Assembly: GCA_048571215.1 (NCBI GenBank) | Contig: CP182352.1 | Span: 480,001 to 544,000 of the forward strand | Length of the DNA stretch: 64,000 bases | Direction of reading: 5' to 3' | Source of the DNA: Halarcobacter sp. | GTDB lineage: Bacteria; Campylobacterota; Campylobacteria; Campylobacterales; Arcobacteraceae | Shown here: positions 56,975 through 64,000 of the stretch, piece after piece | Layout of the letters: each line of letters begins with the position of its first letter | Position numbering within the stretch: position 1 is the stretch's first letter | The notes under the pieces: generated by a model | Seen by the model: the letters and a program-made list of their open reading frames with translations, nothing else | What the model was told of the DNA's origin: nothing | Database searches by the model: none | Made by a program: the position numbers and the translations under genes

Positions 56975-57859
56975 ATGACAAATGATGTCTTATTAGGTGT
57001 AAAGTATATGTTATTTGCCTCTTTTTTATTTGCTTGTATGGGAGCATTTGCAAAAGAGTTAAGTGACTCAATGTCTTCACTTGAAGTTGTTTTTTTTAGA
57101 AATGTATTTGGTGTTGTTCTAATATTAGCATCAATATATAAAAAACCTTTGGTGCAAACAGGTGGAAAATTTTATTTACTTATTTTTCGTGGATTAGCTG
57201 GTTTTACTGCACTGTTGTTCTTTTTTTATAATATTGCAAATATTCCTTTAGGGGAGGCTATGACTTTCTCTAAAACTTCAACAATATTTAGTGCAGTTTT
57301 TGCTTATCTTTTTGTAAAAGAGAAACTAGGCTTTAAGGGTTGGTTTGGAGTTTTTATTGGATTTATAGGGATACTTTTTATCTCAAAATTTGATGGTAGT
57401 GCTTTAGATAAAACAGATTGGTTAGGGATATTATGTGGTGTAGGTGCAGGACTTGCTTATACATCTATTAGGGAACTTAGAAAATATTATGATAGTAGAA
57501 CTATAGTTTTATCATTTATGAGTATAGGAACTATTGGTCCAGTTATATTGATGATAATATCTGAGTTTTATACTAATGAAAAGTTTGATTTTATTTTTTC
57601 AAAGTTTGTTGTTCCCCAAAGTTCTGATTTAGTATTTATTGTCTTATTAGGTTTGGTTGCAACTTTTGCACAAATTTTTATGACAAAAGCATATTCTGTT
57701 GCAAAAGCTGGTATTATTGGTACAATATCTTATGCAAATATTATATTTAGTATAGCAATCGGCTTATTTTTAGGGGATAGCTTACCTGATATGTGGATTG
57801 TTTTAGGTATAATGTTGATTGTTATAAGTGGAATTCTAGTATCAACAAAGAAGGATTAA
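56975..57859 (+). CDS. DMT/EamA-family transporter
   Basis: About 10 TM helices in two EamA repeats, VFFRN, FVKEKL. Confidence 0.9.
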   Translation: MTNDVLLGVKYMLFASFLFACMGAFAKELSDSMSSLEVVFFRNVFGVVLILASIYKKPLVQTGGKFYLLIFRGLAGFTALLFFFYNIANIPLGEAMTFSKTSTIFSAVFAYLFVKEKLGFKGWFGVFIGFIGILFISKFDGSALDKTDWLGILCGVGAGLAYTSIRELRKYYDSRTIVLSFMSIGTIGPVILMIISEFYTNEKFDFIFSKFVVPQSSDLVFIVLLGLVATFAQIFMTKAYSVAKAGIIGTISYANIIFSIAIGLFLGDSLPDMWIVLGIMLIVISGILVSTKKD

Positions 57860-57860
57860 G

Positions 57861-59603
57861 ATGGCAATTTTAGCTTTATATTTTGAAGTTATTATTTTGG
57901 TTTTTTCCATAATAATACTTGCTTGGTATGTACATGATAAATATGTACAAAGAGATCATCAGCTTTTGGTTAACTATCCAATAATTGGAAGACTAAGATA
58001 TATTTTTGAAGAGTTTAGAGAACCTTTTAGACAATATTTTGGTGATGAGAAGTTTTATGAATCTAAAGATAAACTTGACTGGGTGTATAAAGCTGCAAGG
58101 GATTTGCCAAACTATGCTTCTTTTTCCCCTTCTCAACCTCTACCTAAACCAAAATTTATGTTAAGACATGCAACCATAGTTTTAAATGAAAATGAGGTTG
58201 ATTCAAACTTTGAAGTAACTTTTGGTGAAAATAGAAAAAAACCGTTTATATCAAAATCTATTATTGCAAGAAGTGCTATGAGTGATGGTTCTATATCTCC
58301 TGAGGGAACAAGAGCCTTTGTAAGAGGTTCTTTTATGGGAGAATTTCCAATAAACTCAGGTGAGGGTGGATTAACATCAAACTTTTTTGTAACACATCAA
58401 AATTATACTAATAAATATATGAAAGTTTATGAGGGAACTGCCTTTCAAAAAAGGATTAAAAATTTAGTTGAATTCTTTTTTAATGGTGCTTTAGCAGCAG
58501 ATGCATATAGAAAACTTATTTTTAAAAATGACCCAGAAGCGGAAACTTATGTATTTGATTTAAAAACACAAGATTTTCATAGACCAGATTGGGATGCCCC
58601 TTTAGAAAACTTTCCAGAAGATGTTCCTGAGGATATGCCAGATATTATTTTACAAATTAGTTCTGGACTTTATTCTGTAAGAACAAAAGATGGTAAATTT
58701 GATCCCGATAGATACCAAAAAGTTATGAGGTTTTGTAAGATGACTGAGCTTAAACTTGCTCAAGGTGCAAAACAAACAGGTGGTAAACTTGTAGCAAGCA
58801 AAGTAAGTCCTGCTATTGCTTATTATAGAAATGTGGAAGCAAATAAAGATCTATTTTCACCAAATAGGTTTCCTTTTGCAAGCTCTGTTGAAGAGTTGTT
58901 TGATTTTATTGGAACCTTACAAGGTTTGTCTGATAAGCCAGTTGGGATTAAGATAGTTATTTCAGATTATGAAAATATTGTTCCCTTTGCAAAAGAGATT
59001 AAAAAAAGAGTTGAAGAGGGGAATGATGCTTATCCTGATTTTATCTCAATAGATGGGGGAAGTGGGGGAAGTGCCACTGCACCAATTGAGATGATGGAGA
59101 GAATTGGACTTAATATTAGAGACTCAATATACTTAGTAAATAAAGTTTTAGAAGATAATGGGGTAAGAGATAAGGTAAAATTAGTTGCTAGTGGAAAACT
59201 ATTAACTCCTGATGATATTATAATTATTATGTCATTAGGTGCTGATTTTGTTCAAATAGCAAGAGGGTTTATGATGAGTGCAGGGTGTATTAGAGCTAGG
59301 TATTGTTCAGGTACGAATGGTCACGATTGTCCTGTGGGACTTGCTACTCAAAATAAAGCAAAAAGAAGAAAATATTTTGTTCATAAACAAGCTAGAAAAG
59401 TTAGGGATTATCATAAAAACTTACTAAAAAGTCTTAAGGGTTTATTAGCAGTTATGGGGCTTAAAAATATTAATCAATTAAATAAACATAGAATAATGTT
59501 TGTGGATAAAGACTCAAAAGTACATGATAATATTGATAAAGTATTTGGAAGAATATTAGATATTGGAAAAGATAGGGAGGATGAATTTCATGAATCTAGA
59601 TAA
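57861..59603 (+). CDS. FMN-binding glutamate synthase family protein with N-terminal membrane anchor
   Basis: NYPIIGRLRY, SAMSDGS, NSGEGG, ELKLAQGAKQTGG, IDGGSGGS, GCIRARYC...CPVGLATQ 3Fe-4S motif. Confidence 0.9.
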   Translation: MAILALYFEVIILVFSIIILAWYVHDKYVQRDHQLLVNYPIIGRLRYIFEEFREPFRQYFGDEKFYESKDKLDWVYKAARDLPNYASFSPSQPLPKPKFMLRHATIVLNENEVDSNFEVTFGENRKKPFISKSIIARSAMSDGSISPEGTRAFVRGSFMGEFPINSGEGGLTSNFFVTHQNYTNKYMKVYEGTAFQKRIKNLVEFFFNGALAADAYRKLIFKNDPEAETYVFDLKTQDFHRPDWDAPLENFPEDVPEDMPDIILQISSGLYSVRTKDGKFDPDRYQKVMRFCKMTELKLAQGAKQTGGKLVASKVSPAIAYYRNVEANKDLFSPNRFPFASSVEELFDFIGTLQGLSDKPVGIKIVISDYENIVPFAKEIKKRVEEGNDAYPDFISIDGGSGGSATAPIEMMERIGLNIRDSIYLVNKVLEDNGVRDKVKLVASGKLLTPDDIIIIMSLGADFVQIARGFMMSAGCIRARYCSGTNGHDCPVGLATQNKAKRRKYFVHKQARKVRDYHKNLLKSLKGLLAVMGLKNINQLNKHRIMFVDKDSKVHDNIDKVFGRILDIGKDREDEFHESR

Positions 59604-59967
59604 GGTTATCTCAGGGTTTTTTATTATTTTAGCAATGACCGTTAACTTTGGTTTTTTTTATGGGGATATTGATTCTTTAGAAGTTCATAGTAAATATGAA
59701 TTGATGGCAGCAATTATTATAAATCTTATAGCAACAATCCTAAAACTTGGGGATAAAACCCAAATGGGTTCTGTACTTTTAGCTACTTCCCTTGTTGCAG
59801 ATATACAGCTAATAGTAGCTGCTTCAATTTGGGCAATTGCTTATTATGCTTTTGTTATAGATAGTGAGATAATAGCTATTATAATATCATTATCAGGGGG
59901 AGCATTTTTAGCAAACCTAATTTCTGTTATCTTATATGTAGGTGATACCTTAAAGTCTAAAAGATAG
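59590..59967 (+). CDS. Small multi-TM membrane protein (DUF6394-like)
   Basis: KVISGFFIILAMTVNFGFFYG...LKLGD..Q.GS.LLATSLVAD; start 59590 after GGGAGG. Confidence 0.7.
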   Translation: MNLDKVISGFFIILAMTVNFGFFYGDIDSLEVHSKYELMAAIIINLIATILKLGDKTQMGSVLLATSLVADIQLIVAASIWAIAYYAFVIDSEIIAIIISLSGGAFLANLISVILYVGDTLKSKR

Positions 59968-59977
59968 TTGGAAACAC

Positions 59978-61669
59978 ATGGATAACGGCTTTTTATTTAT
60001 TGTACTTCAAAGGATGAGAAAACCTTTTTTGGTTATCATCCTTACGTACACTATCGCAATAATTGGTTTTTTGATTATAAAAGGGGTTGACAACAATGGA
60101 AACCCTTATCAATTAACAATTTTTGATGCCTTTTATTTTGTAACTTATACTGCTACTACAATTGGTTTTGGTGAACTACCTTTTGAGTTTACTTATGCTC
60201 AAAGAATATGGGCTTCTTTTTCTATTTATCTTACTGTTTTAGGGTGGTTTTATGGTATTGGTACCCTTGTATCTTTACTTCAAAACAAGTTGTTTTTAAA
60301 GGAGATTGAAAAATCAAGATTTAGAAGACAGGTAAAAAACTTAAAACAAAAATTTATAATCATACTGGGATATAATCAAATTACAAGTGAGATAATAAAT
60401 AGAACCCTAGAACAAGGTTTAAGGGCTGTTGTTATAGAAAAAGATGAAGATAAAGTAAATGAGCTTCTTTTAGAAAACTTTACTCCTACAGTTCCTGTTT
60501 TATTAGCAGATGTGCACTCTGCTTTAGCATTGAAAGAAGCTGGGATCAAAAAGTATAATTGTAAGGGTTTAGTATCGATATTTGAAGATGAATCCTTAAA
60601 CTTGCGAATAGCATTAACCTCAAAGTTATTAAACAAAAATGTTAAATTAGCAGTAAAATCAACAAGAATAAACCATACAGAAAATCTAAAAGATTTAGAT
60701 GTTGAGATTATCGCAAACCCTTTTTCTATAATCTCAAGTGAGATAACTATGGCACTAAATGCTCCAAATTTGTTAAAAATAGAGAAATGGATTTATCAAA
60801 TTGATGATTTGACTGGAAAACTTCCCTCTTTTCCTAAGGGGAAATATATAGTTTGTGGATATGGAAGAATGGGGCATCATATTTTTGAAAGAATAAAAGA
60901 CAATGATATAGAAGCTCATTTTATTGAGATAAATAAAGCAAAAGTTAGTAGATTTGAAACATATAAAGGTATGTCTATAACCTATGGAGATGCTGATGAC
61001 AAGGATATTTTACTTGAGGTTGGGGTTTTAGATGCAGTTGCTATTATATCCGCAACAAACAATGATACAACAAATCTATCTATTTTGGCAACAGCAAAAA
61101 AACTAAATCCAAATATTATGACAATTGTTAGAGAAAATGAGATGGATGATTTTTCTGTTTTCAAAAATGCAAAAGTAGATCATGTTTTTATGCCTTCAAG
61201 GATCTTGATAAATAAAACCACAAATGCTATGATAAGCCCTTTGTCAGATAGATTTATAAAAATGAGTGCAAAACAAAATGAGTTGTGGGGATCAAGACTT
61301 GTTAAAGATTTGGTTTCAACAATAGATGAAAATCCACTTTTATATGAGCTAAAAATTGATAAAAATATGGCACCGCAGATTTTTAATGCACTTGAAAACA
61401 CAAATGAGATAAAATTAGAACTATTTAGTCGTTCTTTATATAATAGGGAACAAAATAACAATGTAATACCTCTTCTTTTGAAAAAAGAGGATAGAAATAT
61501 TTTATTGCCTAGTGGTGATGAGGTATTGAGTATAAATGATGAGATACTTTTTGCTTGTGATGAAAATGGAAAAAATGATATAGAATATATTTCACAAAAT
61601 ATATATGAGTTTCATTATGCATATACAGGAAAAGAGAAAGAAACAATATTTTTTAGGAAAAACAAATGA
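59978..61669 (+). CDS. Potassium channel: 2TM + pore with two RCK (TrkA-N) domains
   Basis: DAFYF...TATTIGFGE selectivity filter; GYNQI and CGYGRMG Rossmann-like RCK motifs. Confidence 0.88.
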   Translation: MDNGFLFIVLQRMRKPFLVIILTYTIAIIGFLIIKGVDNNGNPYQLTIFDAFYFVTYTATTIGFGELPFEFTYAQRIWASFSIYLTVLGWFYGIGTLVSLLQNKLFLKEIEKSRFRRQVKNLKQKFIIILGYNQITSEIINRTLEQGLRAVVIEKDEDKVNELLLENFTPTVPVLLADVHSALALKEAGIKKYNCKGLVSIFEDESLNLRIALTSKLLNKNVKLAVKSTRINHTENLKDLDVEIIANPFSIISSEITMALNAPNLLKIEKWIYQIDDLTGKLPSFPKGKYIVCGYGRMGHHIFERIKDNDIEAHFIEINKAKVSRFETYKGMSITYGDADDKDILLEVGVLDAVAIISATNNDTTNLSILATAKKLNPNIMTIVRENEMDDFSVFKNAKVDHVFMPSRILINKTTNAMISPLSDRFIKMSAKQNELWGSRLVKDLVSTIDENPLLYELKIDKNMAPQIFNALENTNEIKLELFSRSLYNREQNNNVIPLLLKKEDRNILLPSGDEVLSINDEILFACDENGKNDIEYISQNIYEFHYAYTGKEKETIFFRKNK

Positions 61670-62469
61670 TAATATTAACAGGACCTTGCGTTTTAGAAGA
61701 TAGAGATACTGTGATGAAAATCGCAGAAAAATTAAAACCACTTAGTGAAGATAAAAGAGTAGAATTCTATTTTAAAGCCTCTTTTGACAAAGCAAATAGA
61801 ACAAGTCTAAGTTCATATAGAGGACCTGGATTAGAAGAGGGTTTAAAGCTTTTTGAAGAGGTAAAAAAAGAGTTCGGATATAAGGTTATAACAGATATTC
61901 ACGAATCAAACCAAGCAGCCCCTGCAGCAGAGGTTGTTGATATCTTACAAATACCAGCATTTTTGTGTAGACAAACGGATTTACTAGTAGCAGCTGCAAA
62001 AACAAACGCTGTAGTAAATATCAAAAAAGGGCAGTTTTTGGCAGCTGATTCTATGAAACATCCCGTTGAAAAAGTTTTAAAAACTAGAGGTTTTGATGAG
62101 GTAAACTACGAAACTTCAAAAAAAGGTGGTGTTTGGCTTTGTGAGAGAGGAAATGTATTTGGATATGGAGCTTTAGTTGTAGATATGAAAAACTTAATCT
62201 CTATGAGAGAGTATGCCCCTGTAATATTTGATGCAACCCACTCAGCACAAGTACCAAGTACAGGTGGAACTACAGGTGGAAACGCTGCTATTGTTCCAAG
62301 TTTGGCAAAAGCAGCCGCAGCTGTAGGAGTTGATGGCTTCTTCTTTGAAACTCATACCGATCCAAGTGTTGCAAAAAGTGATGGTCCTAATATGGTTCAA
62401 GTAGATCAATTATACAAAGTGATAAATGACCTTTTTGCTATAAAAGAGGCATTGGGATACGATAACTAA
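61666..62469 (+). CDS. kdsA: KDO8P synthase (3-deoxy-8-phosphooctulonate synthase)
   Basis: GPCVLE, KASFDKANRTS, QIPAFLCRQT, KKGQF, FDATHS, SDGP. Confidence 0.97.
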   Translation: MIILTGPCVLEDRDTVMKIAEKLKPLSEDKRVEFYFKASFDKANRTSLSSYRGPGLEEGLKLFEEVKKEFGYKVITDIHESNQAAPAAEVVDILQIPAFLCRQTDLLVAAAKTNAVVNIKKGQFLAADSMKHPVEKVLKTRGFDEVNYETSKKGGVWLCERGNVFGYGALVVDMKNLISMREYAPVIFDATHSAQVPSTGGTTGGNAAIVPSLAKAAAAVGVDGFFFETHTDPSVAKSDGPNMVQVDQLYKVINDLFAIKEALGYDN

Positions 62470-62518
62470 ACTATCCTAACTCACCTACTGCACCTATTTG
62501 GTGCTAAATATACCCTCT

Positions 62519-62553
62519 AAGTCATCTAAAAAATCTATACTTTAGATGACTTT
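62519..62553 (+). terminator. Hairpin downstream of kdsA, possible terminator
   Basis: 12-bp stem AAGTCATCTAAA/TTTAGATGACTT; weak U tract. Confidence 0.5.
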
Positions 62554-62840
62554 AAAATTTACTTCTTATATAAAAAATAATATCTCACTTCATACTATAA
62601 AAATAAATAAATCATAATAAATAACATAATGTGACACAAATGTGACGGTTTTTTTGTAGAATAAAATAAAAAAGTAGTTTTAAGGTATTTATGGAGATTT
62701 ATTTATTTTATTTATATTTAATAAAAAGTTACAATTTGTTAACAAAAGAGAATAAATTGCAAATAAAAGTGTTCATATAAATTATATATAATGTTATATA
62801 TGTATAATTACACCAATTATAATTATTTTAAAGTAGATAT

Positions 62841-64000
62841 ATGTTTATTAAGAGATTTTTTATCATTATTTTATATTATTATTTTTTAAGTTCTTTGCAT
62901 GCAATAGACTTTGAAACACTTCATAAGTATGCATTAGAGAATTCAAATTTTTTAAAAATTGCAAAACTTGATGTTGATATTTCAAAAACTCAATTGGATT
63001 ATATTTCATCTGAAAAATATCCAACTTTTAGTGTTGGCTTAAGTAGTGAACGATCTAAGGGTTTAAATAGTGATTTAAATGATACTTTTTATGTGGGAGA
63101 TAATAGTGTATCTCAATCAACTTTATATAAAACATATTCATACTTTTCTTTAACATATAGTATATTTGATTTTGGTAGATTGGATAACAAGATAAAAGTA
63201 CAAGAGTATGATATAGAAACTAAAAAAAATGAATATTGTATAAAACAAAATGAGATCTCTCAAAAGCTTTTAGAAACTTACTATAAAACAAAAATTACTC
63301 AAATAAAACAAAAATATTTACAAAAAGTACTAAAATATAATAGTGACCTTTATGAATATTATAAAAGATTAAATGAAATTGGAAACATCCAAAAGATGGA
63401 TGTGGTATCAAATGCAATTCAAGTAGCAAATCTATATAATGATTTAAATAATGTAGAAATTAATCTTGTTGAGAATTTGGAAAACTTATCAAATATTAGT
63501 AATTATACTTTTAATAAAAATAGTAAACTTGATTCTTTATCTGTATCAAAAGAGTCTACTGATAAAAGTTTTGAAGATACTAATTTAGCAAAAAAATATC
63601 AAAATGAGATAAGACAAAAACAATTTGAATTAGAATATATTCAAGCTCAATATTATCCTCAAATAAACTTTTTTGGGAAATATGATTTTTATGGATTCAA
63701 TCAAAATAACTTTGCAAGTACTTTAGATAATTTTGAAGAAAATAGTTATAAATATGGTTTAAATATCTCTTGGACTATTTTTGATGGTTTTAGAATAAAA
63801 GCACAAGAGAAAAAAGCAATGCAAGAACTTACTCAGCTAAAATTAAAATATCAACAAGCAAAGAAAGATTTTATAACCCAATTAAATCTTTTAAATAAAA
63901 CTCATAAGTTTTATTCAAAAATTATGCAACAAAATGCAAAAACAGTAAAACTATCAAATTCAAATGTAGATATGGCATTGAGACTTAATAGTATAGGAGA
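62841..64000 (+). CDS. TolC-family outer membrane efflux/secretion protein, 3' end outside window (not in ORF track)
   Basis: Manual translation MFIKRFFIIILYYYFLSSLHAIDFETLHKYALENS...KYPTFSV...LTYSIFDFG; second repeat YYPQINF...SWTIFDGF. Confidence 0.85.
   Translation, partial: MFIKRFFIIILYYYFLSSLHAIDFETLHKYALENSNFLKIAKLDVDISKTQLDYISSEKYPTFSVGLSSERSKGLNSDLNDTFYVGDNSVSQSTLYKTYSYFSLTYSIFDFGRLDNKIKVQEYDIETKKNEYCIKQNEISQKLLETYYKTKITQIKQKYLQKVLKYNSDLYEYYKRLNEIGNIQKMDVVSNAIQVANLYNDLNNVEINLVENLENLSNISNYTFNKNSKLDSLSVSKESTDKSFEDTNLAKKYQNEIRQKQFELEYIQAQYYPQINFFGKYDFYGFNQNNFASTLDNFEENSYKYGLNISWTIFDGFRIKAQEKKAMQELTQLKLKYQQAKKDFITQLNLLNKTHKFYSKIMQQNAKTVKLSNSNVDMALRLNSIG

Overview
AT-rich core-chromosome segment from a Campylobacterota bacterium. 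The 16S sequence, gene order and protein sequences best fit family Arcobacteraceae (Arcobacter/Halarcobacter-like); this is recognition, not a database match. Most of the window is housekeeping: aroC-rnc-rnhA, dnaG, rplU-rpmA-obgE-proB-fmt, birA-parA-parB, the atp operon running into tol-pal-slyD-fabD-mtnN, one complete rRNA operon (16S-tRNA-Ile-tRNA-Ala-23S-5S), a separate atypical tRNA-Thr, glcD/bcp/cmoA/ribF/tlyA, murA, kdsA and a truncated TolC-family gene at the right edge. I saw no CRISPR array, integrase, transposase or prophage. The best candidate for an undescribed system is a 6.4-kb cassette between tolB and pal. It holds YbgA, DNA photolyase, a CrtD-like FAD desaturase, a LytS-type membrane kinase, a LytTR regulator and a TIGR01777 oxidoreductase, with the first five genes overlapping. 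It looks like a light/photo-oxidation response module carrying a two-component system instead of the usual MerR-type LitR/CarH photoreceptor. Other leads: a DUF134 locus with operator-like repeats on a perfect sigma70 promoter and a ~255-nt structured leader; an orphan short secretin facing a membrane-anchored degenerate HNH protein; a nearly cysteine-free SdhB/CCG-like pseudo-enzyme; and a K+ channel operon with an FMN/3Fe-4S glutamate-synthase-like protein.
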